Source: Arsenophonus sp. NC-PE1-MAG3 | Lineage (GTDB): Bacteria > Pseudomonadota > Gammaproteobacteria > Enterobacterales > Enterobacteriaceae | Direction of reading: 5' to 3' | Length of the DNA stretch: 64,000 nt | Assembly: GCA_052174455.1 (NCBI GenBank) | Contig: JBQMRP010000057.1 | Coordinates: 42,778-106,777, forward strand | Part shown: in pieces, positions 37,869-49,479 of the stretch | How positions within the stretch are numbered: position 1 is the stretch's first letter | Layout of the letters: every line of letters starts with the position of its first letter | Made by a program: the position numbers and the translations under genes | The notes under the pieces: generated by a model | Told to the model about the DNA's origin: nothing | The model's database searches: none | Seen by the model: only the letters and a program-made list of their open reading frames with translations

Positions 37869-38612
37869 ATGTTAAGTGTTAAAAAATTAAATGTCAGTAT
37901 TGAAGGTAATAAAATTCTTAACGGATTAAACCTAGAAGTAAAAGCAGGTGAAGTGCATGCAATCATGGGGCCTAATGGATCAGGCAAAAGTACCTTATCA
38001 GCAACGCTAGCAGGACGTGAAGAATATCAAATAGAACAAGGTGAAATTTTATTCAAAAATAAAAACTTGCTTAAGTTATCACCAGAAGAACGTGCAGGTG
38101 AAGGTATATTTTTAGCCTTTCAGTATCCAGTAGAAATTCCTGGTGTCAGTAATCAATTTTTCTTACAAACTTCTGTTAATGCCGTTAGAGAGTATCGTAA
38201 GCAGTCACCATTAGATAGATTTGATTTTCAGGATTTTATTAAAGATAAAATTGAACTACTTGATATGCCGAAAGATTTACTTACTCGATCAGTCAATGTC
38301 GGTTTTTCTGGTGGAGAAAAAAAACGCAATGATATTTTGCAGATGGCGGCGTTAGAACCTGAATTATGTATTTTAGATGAAACGGATTCAGGTCTTGATA
38401 TTGATGCCTTGAAAATAGTAGCAAATGGCGTGAACTCACTACGTAGCGCCAAAAGAGCTTTTATCATAGTCACTCACTATCAGCGAATTTTGGATTATGT
38501 ACAGCCTGATTTTATTCATGTTCTCCATCAAGGAAAAATTATTCAATCTGGTGATTTTACATTAGCTAAAAAACTAGAGGTACAAGGCTATGGCTGGATT
38601 ATTGCCCAATAA
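37869..38612 (+). CDS. sufC: Fe-S cluster assembly ATPase SufC
   Basis: MLSVKKLNVSIEGNKILNGLNLEV...GPNGSGKSTL (Walker A)...LSGGEKKR...ILDE. E. coli SufC starts at the equivalent MLSIKDL. The tracked ORF (37824) is an upstream extension. Confidence 0.96.
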   Translation: MLSVKKLNVSIEGNKILNGLNLEVKAGEVHAIMGPNGSGKSTLSATLAGREEYQIEQGEILFKNKNLLKLSPEERAGEGIFLAFQYPVEIPGVSNQFFLQTSVNAVREYRKQSPLDRFDFQDFIKDKIELLDMPKDLLTRSVNVGFSGGEKKRNDILQMAALEPELCILDETDSGLDIDALKIVANGVNSLRSAKRAFIIVTHYQRILDYVQPDFIHVLHQGKIIQSGDFTLAKKLEVQGYGWIIAQ

Positions 38613-39909
38613 TGAAAGAGCAGAAAAAAAGCATCAAGTTACAAAATTAAATCAACAAGCGCTAAAAAGTTTTGCGACACTCTTTTATTCCAGCAAAAGA
38701 GCAAAAGAAAAACAAGCTCAGGCCTATTGGCAACAGGCAGAGAAAATTGGCTTTCCACTATTTCGTCATGAAGAATGCTATTCTATACCGTTGGTAAGAG
38801 CACTTAACGCTCAATACCAATTAAATAGTAATAAAGTTAACTCAATTACTACTAAGCAATTAAAACAATTAGCAATATCCCTTGATGGTTGGCAGATTGT
38901 TTTGTTTAATGGATATCTTATTCCTGCGCTAAGTAGCGATAACTTTGGCCTTTATCAAATTCAAATGATGAATACACTGAAACAGCTTACAACGCCTATT
39001 CTGAATGATGAAATATTCCTATATTTAACTGAGAGTTTAGCTGCTCAACCCCTATTAATTAAATTAGCCGCTAATCAACAGGTAGAAAAGCCACTTTATA
39101 TATTAAATATTACCTCTGGTTCAAATCACCGCGATTATATTAATACCAGTCACTATCGCTATCATTTAGATATTGGTACTAATTGCAAATCGCAAGTTAT
39201 TGAACATTTTATTTCTGTTGATGATAAGTCGCACTTAACCGGTAGTCGATTGACTGCTAATATTGGTGATAATAGTTATTTTAGTCATATCAAACTTAGC
39301 TTTGAAAATAACCAAAGTAACCATTTTGCCCATAATGACATCTTATCAGGACGAAACTGTCAAATAAATAGTATCGGTATTTTTACCGGATCAGCATTAA
39401 TTCGCCATCATACTAGTGTGAAGTTAAATGGAGCAGGTAGCAGATTATCACTGAATAGCTTTTTGTTACCACAAAATAAAGAAACTGTCGATATCAGAAC
39501 TTATCTTGAACATAATCAACCATGTTGTAAAAGTCGCCAATTACATAAAACAATTGCATTGGATGAAAGTAAAGCTATTTTTAATGGTATGATTAAAGTT
39601 GCACCAACAGCACTTAAAACTGATGGTCAAATGATAAATAACAATTTGTTATTAGCTAAACAAGCCGAAATTAACACCAAACCACAGTTAGAAATTTATG
39701 CTGATGATGTTAAATGTAGTCATGGCACGACAGTAGGTCGTATTGATGATGAACAATTATTTTATCTACGTTCACGAGGTATTCATCTCAATAATGCAAA
39801 ACATATGATTATAGTTACCTTTGCAGCTGAAGTTATCGAAACTATTGATAGTAAAGCTGTAAGTAATAAGGTAATGGAGATTATTCAGAAGCGCTTAGCA
39901 GGGATTTAA
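38590..39909 (+). CDS. sufD: Fe-S cluster assembly protein SufD
   Basis: 439 aa, starts MAGL as in E. coli SufD. C-terminal half strongly conserved ([34 protein letters not shown]). Overlaps sufC by 23 nt. Confidence 0.95.
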   Translation: MAGLLPNNERAEKKHQVTKLNQQALKSFATLFYSSKRAKEKQAQAYWQQAEKIGFPLFRHEECYSIPLVRALNAQYQLNSNKVNSITTKQLKQLAISLDGWQIVLFNGYLIPALSSDNFGLYQIQMMNTLKQLTTPILNDEIFLYLTESLAAQPLLIKLAANQQVEKPLYILNITSGSNHRDYINTSHYRYHLDIGTNCKSQVIEHFISVDDKSHLTGSRLTANIGDNSYFSHIKLSFENNQSNHFAHNDILSGRNCQINSIGIFTGSALIRHHTSVKLNGAGSRLSLNSFLLPQNKETVDIRTYLEHNQPCCKSRQLHKTIALDESKAIFNGMIKVAPTALKTDGQMINNNLLLAKQAEINTKPQLEIYADDVKCSHGTTVGRIDDEQLFYLRSRGIHLNNAKHMIIVTFAAEVIETIDSKAVSNKVMEIIQKRLAGI

Positions 39910-39910
39910 T

Positions 39911-41167
39911 ATGATATTTTCAGTGGCATCCATTCGCAAGGATTTTCCTATATTGGAAAAAATAATCAACGATCAACCGTTGATTTATTTAGATAGTGCT
40001 GCTAGTGTCCAAAAACCGATACAAGTGATAGAAAAAGAAAAGCAGTTTCTTTATCATCATTATTCTGCAGTACACCGAGGAACTCATCGCTTGAGTAGTG
40101 AAGCAACTGCGATGGTAGAAAATGTTCGTCAGCAAGTAGCAGATTTTATTCATGCTTCTTCTTCTGAAGAAATTGTTTTTGTTAAAGGTACAACAGAAGG
40201 CATAAATTTAATTGCTAATAGTTATGGGCCTGATTTTATCAGGCAAGGTGATAATATTATCATTACACAAATGGAACATCACGCTAACATTGTTCCTTGG
40301 CATTTGCTTGCAGGCAAGATTGGTTTTGATATTCGTATATTGCCCATTGATGATACTGGAAAATTAATTTTTGAACGATTAGATAATCTAATCGATAGCC
40401 GAACTCGATTACTCTCTTTTACCCATATGTCAAATGTTTTGGGAACTGTTAATCCAGTAAAACTGATTATTGCTTATGCGCGTCAATGTGCAGAGAAAAA
40501 AGGAGCACAATTATATACTTTGCTGGATGGTGCACAAAGTATTATGCATCAAATGATTGATGTTCAAGATCTTGATTGTGATTTTTATGTTTTTTCCGGA
40601 CACAAACTATATGGACCTACTGGTATTGGTATTTTATATGGTAAAAAAGCATTATTAAATTCCTTGCCTCCATGGCAAGGTGGTGGAGCCATGATTGATA
40701 AAGTGAGTATGACGTTAGCTGAACCAGCAATAATAAATATCACTTATGAAAAAGTGCCATGGCGATTTGAAGCAGGTACGCCAAATATTGTTGGTATTAT
40801 TGGTTTAGGTGAAGCATTACGGTACATTACTAACATTGGTTATCAACAAATATCTACCCATGAAACTACATTAATGCAGTATGCTAATCAACGTTTAAGT
40901 ACAGTAAACTCGTTGCATCTTTACGGCTCAAATGAGCGTCAAGGGATTATTGCCTTTAATTTAGGTGATCATCATGCTTATGATGTTGGTATTTTTTTAG
41001 ATAATTATGCGATTGCAATACGAACAGGCCACCATTGTGCGTTGCCATTAATGGATTTTTATCAAGTACCAGCTATGTGCAGAGCTTCTTTAGCGATTTA
41101 TACTACTAAAGAAGAGATTGATATTTTGGTTGAAAAACTAGAATATATTGAAAAATTACTTAGTTAA
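39911..41167 (+). CDS. sufS: cysteine desulfurase SufS
   Basis: 418 aa. PLP-lysine region [16 protein letters not shown] and active-site RTGHHCA present. Confidence 0.96.
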   Translation: MIFSVASIRKDFPILEKIINDQPLIYLDSAASVQKPIQVIEKEKQFLYHHYSAVHRGTHRLSSEATAMVENVRQQVADFIHASSSEEIVFVKGTTEGINLIANSYGPDFIRQGDNIIITQMEHHANIVPWHLLAGKIGFDIRILPIDDTGKLIFERLDNLIDSRTRLLSFTHMSNVLGTVNPVKLIIAYARQCAEKKGAQLYTLLDGAQSIMHQMIDVQDLDCDFYVFSGHKLYGPTGIGILYGKKALLNSLPPWQGGGAMIDKVSMTLAEPAIINITYEKVPWRFEAGTPNIVGIIGLGEALRYITNIGYQQISTHETTLMQYANQRLSTVNSLHLYGSNERQGIIAFNLGDHHAYDVGIFLDNYAIAIRTGHHCALPLMDFYQVPAMCRASLAIYTTKEEIDILVEKLEYIEKLLS

Positions 41168-41198
41168 TTCGTTTTAAAATACATATAAGGATAGAATA

Positions 41199-41633
41199 AT
41201 GGCAGTTTTGCCTGATGAGAATAAATTATTACGTAATTTTTCACGTTGTAAAAACTGGGAAGAACGATATCTTTATTTAATTGAATTAGGAGAAAAATTA
41301 TTACCTCTTAGTGATAAGCAAAAACAAGTAAAAAACCAAGTTTCAGGTTGTCAAAGTCAAGTTTGGATTATTATGGAGTGGAATAGTAGTGGAAAGATAC
41401 AGTTTTCTGGTGACAGCGATGCAGCTATAGTTAAGGGTTTGATTGCATTAGTAATAATTAATTTTCAAAATAAAACTGGACAACAAATTTTAACTACAGA
41501 TAGTAAAGCATTTTTTCAAAAGTTATCATTGGAGCAGCATTTAACACCATCAAGAAGTCAGGGATTGCATGAAATGATCAAAACAATCCATGAGCGATGC
41601 AAAAATTATTTATTTAATAACTTAAACATTTAA
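41199..41633 (+). CDS. sufE: cysteine desulfuration protein SufE
   Basis: 144 aa, NWEERYLYLIELG...VSGCQSQVWI, the typical SufE active-site Cys context. Confidence 0.94.
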   Translation: MAVLPDENKLLRNFSRCKNWEERYLYLIELGEKLLPLSDKQKQVKNQVSGCQSQVWIIMEWNSSGKIQFSGDSDAAIVKGLIALVIINFQNKTGQQILTTDSKAFFQKLSLEQHLTPSRSQGLHEMIKTIHERCKNYLFNNLNI

Positions 41634-41656
41634 TTAACTATCATTTCCAAGAAAAT

Positions 41657-42066
41657 AGTATGGGTTTTTGAATAACTCAAATTTAACTTTTAAATCCCTT
41701 TCATAAACCGCAATAAAGCTTTACTACTCAATACTGATTGAGAGTAACATCTGTTTGCACAGATAAATATATCGATACAAGGTGATCTCAAGCTCTTGAC
41801 TAGAATTAAAATTCTACCTTTGTAATCCCTCTTTTATGCGCCCATTAAATTGTTTAACTATACAATGGATATGAGGACTTACCAACAGTGTAAATCAGCA
41901 TTTTATACTAAGTTCTGTATACAAACAGGAAATTTTTAATTTCCAGTGCTTAATACTTTTGCAGATTAAAATCTGATCTGTAAATTCTTTTCCATTATCT
42001 ATAAATATCCGATAAATAGCCATGGGATATACTAATTAAGATCAGATAAGAAGCATTGAGTCTTAA
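41657..42066 (-). mobile_element. rve-type (IS481-like) IS, right (C-terminal) part, separated from its left part by the RT element
   Basis: Colinear with the right ends of the copies at 26742-27692, 32889-33947 and 59000-59829. Confidence 0.6.
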
Positions 42067-44005
42067 ATTTATTACTTAAGAAATTGAATTATTCTTTAAA
42101 AAAGATTATAAACCTTCTTTTATTACCTAAAAGGTGATAAAATTGATTTACTAGATTTATTGTAAATTAAAATTTTTTTAGAGTCTGTATTATTTGATAT
42201 GATACACTATTTTAGATATATAATCATATTTTGCCTTAATAACCATTGCTTTTCATTTTATCCATTTTTTATAACAATTCCGTTGCCTGTTTGCTAAACT
42301 ACGCGTTGATAAAAATAACCTGTCCCCACACAGATGTATTTATATGAATCTATGCACAGGAATTCTTTCATAAGAACAATTAATCCCCCGTTTTTTGTGA
42401 GCCCTCCCCATCTCCAGCACTTCATATACTTTCGGTAATTGCATACCTTGCTTACAATTTAATAAAAAACATGGTAATATACTATCTTAAATATCTCGTC
42501 GGAATATGGTTAATAATATTAGCGCCCGATTATTTCTTCCTGCGACAAGATCTCTTCCGGGTACCTGCTTAGTCTAGTAGTCATAATTATATGTACAAAC
42601 ATCCCCTCAGTAATACCGCAGTTTTAATGCAGATACTGATGGATTTAAGGTAACACTGGAAATATTTTATACTATACCAGACTTATTTTATCTTTTTAGT
42701 TAAAGTGCACTTTATAGTAACCATCCGTCGTACTGTGACTTTCAGATAACGCCACCGCTGATTTCTGTGACAGATACTCCAAAGACTAGAAAATCTGAAA
42801 TTTATTAGCTCATCGCTGCGACCCGCAAGCGAATAACAGCGCCTCGCTAGATTTCTTCGAGCGCTCTTTTTAAGAACAACTCATCCTCTACAGGATGTTT
42901 AATCTTCAGATCTCCATCACTGATGGAGATCTGAAGATGCCGATATTGATTAAATTATCGATCACAAGTACACAAGGCATAGAAAAAATATCAATTTTGA
43001 TACCATGTTTAAGTGCTTACTTCAGCATAACACGGATAAGCGTGCGAAACAGAGCCTTGAGTATCGACGAGTTATTATTGAAAGAAAGCTATAGAAGATA
43101 AACATAGTGAAAATAATATTTCCCAGTCGCAATTGAATAAAATATGAATCTGCTATGCTAACCATTCCTCGACAGCTTTAACGTCGCATAAACTCTAGAC
43201 TTTTGACTTACAAATTTAATAAAAATAGCTGTGAGAAGATTTAGAGTAGGTATAGTAGGGGTAAAGAGCTGAAACACCTATGGCACAAAGTGCTACAGAC
43301 AACCTATCGCTTGACAGATAGACATGTTCACGAGTTAACACTTTCATCATGGTTTTCAAGAAATTTATTCTCAACTGTCATTAATAGTAATTACTAGTTT
43401 AGTTTAGTGGTATACATCTAACTAATTAGCCTCTAGGTGTTTTATCAAAGAAGTAGAAATCGTCATCCTATCCATATTTCTCAGATTTATTAGTCTAGTT
43501 ATCTTTATGTCTGTTCTAGAGTGAAAGAAGACAGGATTATTCCTATTCCTTATAGGTGATGAATTCATCGGGAATTATACTTTTATTCATTATCCTTAAA
43601 ATGCATTGTATCCAGAATCATCGGTTTAGCCTTGCTCCATCCCCCCACTCAAAATCCAGGATAATCGTAACTAGAAAATGGATAATACTTGCATATCGAA
43701 AAATTAAGGACTAAGTCTGACACATTGCTATATAACCTCTTTTGAATGTCATAAAATTTAATCGATCTATCATTATTTATTTCAATAGGAGAAGATTTAA
43801 AGCGCTTTAAGTAAACAGGCGGTGTAATACATGAAGTCACGTGTTATTTTCTGATTTAATCGATTTATACTTTCTATAAGATTTATTTCAAAATATCTAA
43901 CATCCTAAATGAATTTTTAAAAATTAACATATCGCAGAATAAAAACAGTACCAGATCATGAACATCCCAAAAATAGCGTTAGCGCTGCCACTTACATCAT
44001 AGTGC
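42067..44005 (-). mobile_element. Decayed reverse-transcriptase element (group II intron IEP-like), copy 1, inserted in the IS481-like copy
   Basis: The minus-strand frameshifted reading gives, in canonical order, ITPPVYLKRF..SIKFYDIQKRLY (RT1/2), FSSYDYPGF (like SYGFRPG; ORF 43649-43840), FQLFTPTIPTLNLL (RT4, like SPLL.N..L), RVYAT at the YADD position about 24 codons later, and YDGWLL (like the maturase RGW.NY) near 42700. About 65-70% identical to 50495-52487. Confidence 0.55.
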
Positions 44006-44627
44006 TCGTTTTAAGACAAATAAAACTCCATCGAATAGCGCTATTCTATACTTATGAAAAAAGATAACATCTTGAAATTTTTTAAGATTTAAGTAAGATA
44101 TTTCAAATCTACCTGATAGTCAGGCTTGTAGCTTTTTAAATACTTTATGCTTCTGTTTCGCTGTTTTCTTGCTTCATTTTACGCAAACTATTCTCTGTGT
44201 CTGCATAAACAGTGATCGAGAACAGATCAAGATACAACTAGGTTTAAAAATTCGCATAGAGGAAGAGGATTTCCACTACCAGAGTAGATCGCCGATAGGA
44301 AGAGAATTTTTCCAGAGAAACCGACTTTAACTTATTAATTGAGTGACAGAATCATCAAAAAACTATGAGAAATATAACTGTAATCATCAACATCATCTCG
44401 TTTTTATTCTTTAGCAACAGCAAATTCGAATATGGATAACATCTAGCAAAAGTAGATAGAACCATCTTCTTTACTGTTCTGAAGAGTACTATTAATTTTA
44501 GGTGTTGTAATTTTTTGAAGATTTGAGCCTAATTATCATTATATTTTTGCTCTTACTATATCTCAAAATGCCATATTGGATGAATAGCGTTAAGCGACGT
44601 GGTCTATATAATGATCTGGAACAAAAT
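44006..44627 (-). mobile_element. rve-type (IS481-like) IS, left (N-terminal) part
   Basis: Colinear with 27100-27692 and 59500-59829+62237-62481. The terminus is GGAACAAAATA (reverse complement TATTTTGTTCC). Confidence 0.6.
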
Positions 44628-44698
44628 AGTTAACTATTGATATTATTAAAGTGACGTTTATTTATCCGATAAATTTATATGTTCCTTAGGAGAAAAGT

Positions 44699-45616
44699 AT
44701 GAAGAGAATTCTATTTTTTATCGGCTTCTTGTTTTTAAGCTGGCTGACTTTTAATGTCAGCGCTATTGAATACTTATTGCCATTCACTACAGCACGCCTA
44801 ATTGGAGAAAATAGTCATTATGTAGTAACTAATGATAGGCGTCCACTGGAATCTATTGCAAGTGAATTTCAGATAGGTTTACTTAGTATGTTGGAAGCTA
44901 ATCCAGGTATCGATCCTTATTTACCTAAAGCTGGTAAAACATTGATCATTCCATCACAAATGTTATTACCTGCGACTAAACGTGATGGGATCATTATTAA
45001 TTTACCTGAATTGCGACTGTATTATTTTCCAAAAGGAAGCAATAAAGTCATTGTTTATCCTATTGGTATCGGTCAATTAGGTGCCAATACGCCTAAAATG
45101 GTAACAACAGTTAGTCAATTAATTAAAAATCCAACCTGGACACCGACACCGAGTATTCGTAAACGTTATGCTTCCGAGGGCGTTATTTTACCGACAGTAT
45201 TTCCAGCCGGGCCTGATAATCCTATGGGTCTTTATGCCTTGCGCTTATCTTATGATAAAGGACAATATTTTATCCATGGTACTAATGCGAATTTTGGTAT
45301 TGGATTACGTGTGAGTTCCGGGTGTATTCGTTTAAGACCTAAGCATATATCAGAATTATTTTCCTCTGTATCGATAGGAACTCGTGTACAGGTAATTAAT
45401 GAACCCATTAAGTACTCTAAAGAACCAGATGAAAGCTATTACATCGAAGTTCATCAACCTTTATCTAAAAAAAAATCTGAAAATCCGCAAACAACACCAT
45501 TAATATATAGTAATGAGTTTAAGGCGTTTTTGCAAGAACCTGCTATTAGTCAAAAATTAGTTGCTAAAGCCATTACACGTCGCTCAGGAATGCCACTAAA
45601 GGTAAATAAGACTTAA
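44699..45616 (+). CDS. ldtE: L,D-transpeptidase (YkuD/ErfK-YbiS-YcfS-YnhG family)
   Basis: 305 aa with a signal peptide and the catalytic HGTN...SSGCIRL motif. The symbol is assigned by position between sufE and lpp, as for E. coli ldtE (ynhG). Paralogue identity is not certain. Confidence 0.8.
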   Translation: MKRILFFIGFLFLSWLTFNVSAIEYLLPFTTARLIGENSHYVVTNDRRPLESIASEFQIGLLSMLEANPGIDPYLPKAGKTLIIPSQMLLPATKRDGIIINLPELRLYYFPKGSNKVIVYPIGIGQLGANTPKMVTTVSQLIKNPTWTPTPSIRKRYASEGVILPTVFPAGPDNPMGLYALRLSYDKGQYFIHGTNANFGIGLRVSSGCIRLRPKHISELFSSVSIGTRVQVINEPIKYSKEPDESYYIEVHQPLSKKKSENPQTTPLIYSNEFKAFLQEPAISQKLVAKAITRRSGMPLKVNKT

Positions 45617-45727
45617 TTAATATTAAATGCAATAAATTATAAGTAGATTTACTATATTTTATATAAATAGTATTTTTGCAATAAATAAATAATAGTAATA
45701 CTAAAAATTAGTTGCTTATATTAAATA

Positions 45728-45750
45728 TAAGGCACTAGTTGGGTGCCTTA
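45728..45750. terminator. Hairpin between convergent ldtE and lpp, a likely bidirectional terminator
   Basis: TAAGGCAC-TAGTTGG-GTGCCTTA flanked by A/T runs. Confidence 0.55.
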
Positions 45751-45785
45751 TTAGTATATCGAGTGATCCGTTAAATATAATTGGA

Positions 45786-46022
45786 TTACTTTTTATAATT
45801 ACGAACTTGATTATCCAAACGTTGATTAGCACGATCAGCTTCATCTTTAGCGGTCTGAACATCAATACGTAATAACTGAACGTCATTGGATAATTGATCT
45901 ACTTTACCGTTTAACGTTTTCAAATCTGAGGACACTTTATTAATTTGGCTACTGGTTGAACAACCTGCTAATAAACCAGAAGCTAGAACGATAGAGCCCA
46001 GTACAATTTTAGTACACTTCAT
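45786..46022 (-). CDS. lpp: major outer membrane (Braun) lipoprotein
   Basis: 78 aa, lipobox LLAGC, heptad repeats, C-terminal ...YKK. Nearly colinear with E. coli Lpp. Confidence 0.96.
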   Translation of the reverse strand: MKCTKIVLGSIVLASGLLAGCSTSSQINKVSSDLKTLNGKVDQLSNDVQLLRIDVQTAKDEADRANQRLDNQVRNYKK

Positions 46023-46305
46023 TATATTACCCTCTAGATTTAGTTAATCTCCAAATAACAAGATAAGTATTGCACATGTCTTGGCAAGACATAGAATAAA
46101 TTTCTGTCTTTAACTTTAAATTATTAAATCTTTTTTAAATTCTGGAAGAATACTTACTTATTCTTATATTGGAACTTAATAGTATATTTTCTACTTAAAA
46201 TTGATAAGATTTTAATAAAATTAAAAAAATATAATAATTTATTTATTTTTTGTTCGTTTTGGTTAAGTAGTTAACAACTTTTAATTATTTTATTCCTTTA
46301 TTTTA

Positions 46306-48078
46306 TCAATTATTTACGCTAGGTATAAATAAAATTAACGAGATATAATAGTTATTTTTTATAAAAATACAGATTATTACCTTTTTAGCTAGAAATATTA
46401 ATTTTGAGATAATAAAATGCACTTAAATAAATTCTCAATAGTAAAATGATTAAGGGGTTTTTAATTATAAATTAAAATTTAATAGATATTAGTGCTTTAT
46501 TTAAAATAATAAATTTCCAGTTATTTTATATAAATGAATTTATTATTAATAATAGAATTATTATATATAAATAGATAAGATATTTTATATTTATTAGCAC
46601 TAATGCGCTTAAAACTATAACAACAAGATCACCTTTTTTATCAAAAATTATTTGATAAAACAAATTACTTATAAATACATAATAAAAATTGTCAGCAGAT
46701 GCAATTTCTTTAACTAATTCTGGAATATAACGACTTTAATTAAAAAATTAATTTGAAATTTCTTCATTAGTTCTTAAAAAAAATCAGCACAATCATAAAT
46801 AGTCGCCATAATTTACCGCTTCAATAGGATATTTGTCTTTTGTACTTTGCAAGATAGTAAAATTACATTTTTATCGTCATAAATAGAATTAATAATACCT
46901 CTACTTCGGCACGAGTAGGGGTAAGGTTTTGAGACTATGTTGGCAAAGGTTATTATAGAAATTCTTTATATTGTAAGAAGAATTTTCGCTACAGTGGTTA
47001 CCATAAAAACAAATAATCATACAGATGAAAATATTCTTCCTAACTCCATTCTAAAATAAAATTGGATTTCATTAGTTGGGTTAATGAAAATCTGCCAGAT
47101 GATATCGATTCATGTATTAAAACAACTTATTCACTTTATCCTACCATATTGTCACAGTAAACATGTTACCTGATTAAGGAGATTCATTAATATTATAACG
47201 ATATCATTGCAAAATTCCAGATTATAAAAAACATTTAACAAAAATACTAAAAGTCCTCCAACAAAACTACATCGCAAGGATAAATGGTTTAGTTATCTTC
47301 AATATATGTTGAATAGCTTGACATTACGGAAGTCAGAAAAACAAACAGAGGATTCATTTAAAAACAGCCTTTAAATTGCATCACTGTTTTTTTACTTTGT
47401 TGTCGATAACTAACTTAAACGCACTAAGTGTATTTTAAAAATAACAAAATATTTTTCTATTAATTCTTTAAATAAAAGCGTTACATTCCACCTAGAAAAA
47501 CTAGAAAACACGCAAGAGAAGGAGAAAATAAAAAAAGAATGAATTTGCGCTCTTAATCCCATGAGATCGATAATGGTCATGCGAGCGATAAGATTCTTGA
47601 AGAGTTTAATGCAGAGTGTGTTAATCGTTTTCTTGAAACAATCATACATAAGAGTTTAACCTTTGCTCGAATGGAGTTAAATTGTATGAAACATTTACCA
47701 GCGAGTATAAAATTAGTCACAATTGTCTAATAAGTTCGATAATTAAAGATTTATATATAAATAATTTAACATTTTAAATATAAACAATTATATCAGGCGA
47801 TTAAAAAATGTCTAACTAGATTTCATAACATATTACCTCTATTTACTGAATTATCTGACCTGGAAAAAATCATTTAAAACCACAATAACTAAAATATAGT
47901 TTAGCTATTAAATCGCTTTGCAAAAAAAACAACAGATTTTGTCAACAACATAGCCGTTTTGATCATCAAATCTAATATTCTGGTGACTGTAATGACGATT
48001 ACATGGGCAACAAGGTATTTTTTCTAATTATTTTTATGCAAAATAACTTCTTAACCGTAATCTTGATCCCAAGATCAT
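46306..48078 (-). pseudogene. pykF: pyruvate kinase I pseudogene (46306-46932 and 47963-48078), missing about 240 N-terminal codons
   Basis: The minus strand reads DLGIKITVKKLFC, VIVITVTRILDLMIKT | LPL..., ILLSCKVQKT / KDKYPIEAV, then MATIYDC...KLHLLTIFIM.... These match PykF [71 protein letters not shown]. Upstream of lpp as in E. coli. The C-terminal half has decayed into almost pure AT. Confidence 0.8.
46933..47955 (+). mobile_element. IS1595-family element (about 1.02 kb), decayed, inserted in pykF
   Basis: The ends are GACTATGTTGG... and ...CAACATAGCC. The flanking direct repeat is GTTTTGA (46926-46932 and 47956-47962). Translation gives SHEIDNGHASDKILEEFNAECVNRFLETIIHKSLTFARMELNCMKHL, resembling the DDE_Tnp_IS1595 core (G..ER.G........D.....L...I...V..GS.I.TD.W..Y..L). 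Confidence 0.7.
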
Positions 48079-49473
48079 AAGTTATTAGTAAATCTGGTGT
48101 CTAATAATTAGATTTACTTTTATGATTTATGAATCTGCTCTTCATCTTTAATTTGAGCTCTATTTACTACAAGAATTAAGAAAAACTTAGATTACTTTAA
48201 CTGGTTTTAGCTATTTTAATCAGATGAAGGAGATCACTTAAATAACATTGAATGGGTTTTTTATTAAACTACAATATTTCCGTGCATCACCTTCATAGCC
48301 TCACACTATTGCTAAAAAGCTGATGTTCAAATTAAATTCATCACTCTTATTGACGCCAAAGTTCGTTGAAGGGAAGATATAGGATGTTAGCAGCTCTTCT
48401 GGTTCTTTCTATAGCTTCTTCATTACCTGTAGGGATACCTATTTACTAAAATCTTGCCAAAAAACATTAAGGCTTTGTTAGCAGCATTATGGTTCTCTTG
48501 TAGGCAAACTTCCCGCAACTCACTCTTAAGTTTCGGTGCTGCATACCTTTTGTGAGTAAAGGTAATGCATAAGCTTGTTTTGTCTAGCTAATGACGTTAA
48601 TGGTAGATATTCGGGAATATCTTTACCATTATATTCAAAAAACCAAAAGCATCGACTCCCATATCAACCCTGGAAGATATAATTAAGCAACGTGTTCGCA
48701 AGCTATTGAAAAGTTACGCTCCAAGTTTGCTTCTAACTCTTGATAACCATTCTTCACTGTAACTATCTCCTTATGTCCATGTTCATTAACATCGATAACA
48801 AGTAGCAGGAAAAGGAGATCAGAATAATTAAACAGACAACAAATATACCTTCAGCCAAGAAATAAAAATAACGCGTACTTTAAATCACACTAATGCTAAC
48901 GACTATTCTCTTCAAGGAATTGCTATTTCAGTTTGCTTATAGCGGCACTGACAAAGAAGATCATATATTTCACCGAAAATAGTTCAGGGTCTTCGAAAAA
49001 TCACTGGTGGAGATAACTAACGGTTACAAACCATGGTAACAACTCTTGACTACTTTTACACGTTTTATATAAGGTGGTAGCAACGAGCTTATGAAAGATA
49101 TTCTATTCCTGCTTGCGATCTCTAATCTTAGTCACTTTAATCTTAAAATTACCAATAATAATCTCTACTGTATAGTTTGCGATGGAAAGTAACTGTTACG
49201 GATGACAGATGAGACCAATAGACAGGAGGAGTCGTTGAGTATGTTGAGCAGCATGAATTCTAGCTCCGTATCAACAACAGTATCTATCAGATTTTTTGCA
49301 TCATTATATGAGTTTATGGGAGAGTTACAGATAATATCTGCTTTATTGAACACCTGTAAAAAAAATTTTTCATAATATATCATCTCTCTGTTGTTGAAAT
49401 CATCTATAAGCTGAATCAGAAGGATACACTGCCAGCATATCTGAACCTCATACACTAGAAATTAACATAACTA
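48079..49473 (-). mobile_element. IS256-family element (about 1.4 kb), decayed, truncating pykF
   Basis: The plus strand starts AAGTTATTAGTAAATCTGGTG and ends ...CTCATACACTAGAAATTAACATAACTAC. Confidence 0.85.
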
Positions 49474-49479
49474 CTGCTA

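Noticed and set aside
42067-42350. Search for a group II intron domain V/VI in the 3' region of the RT element. The conserved blocks AATGGATAAAATGAAAA and ACAGGTTATTTTTAT are shared by both copies.
   Set aside because: I could not fold a convincing 34-nt domain V with the AGC triad, a 2-nt bulge and a GNRA loop. The short hairpins seen are not conserved between the copies. A covariance-model search is needed.
47410-47649. 79-aa minus-strand ORF.
   Set aside because: It is antisense to the IS1595-family transposase remnant, whose DDE core reads on the plus strand.
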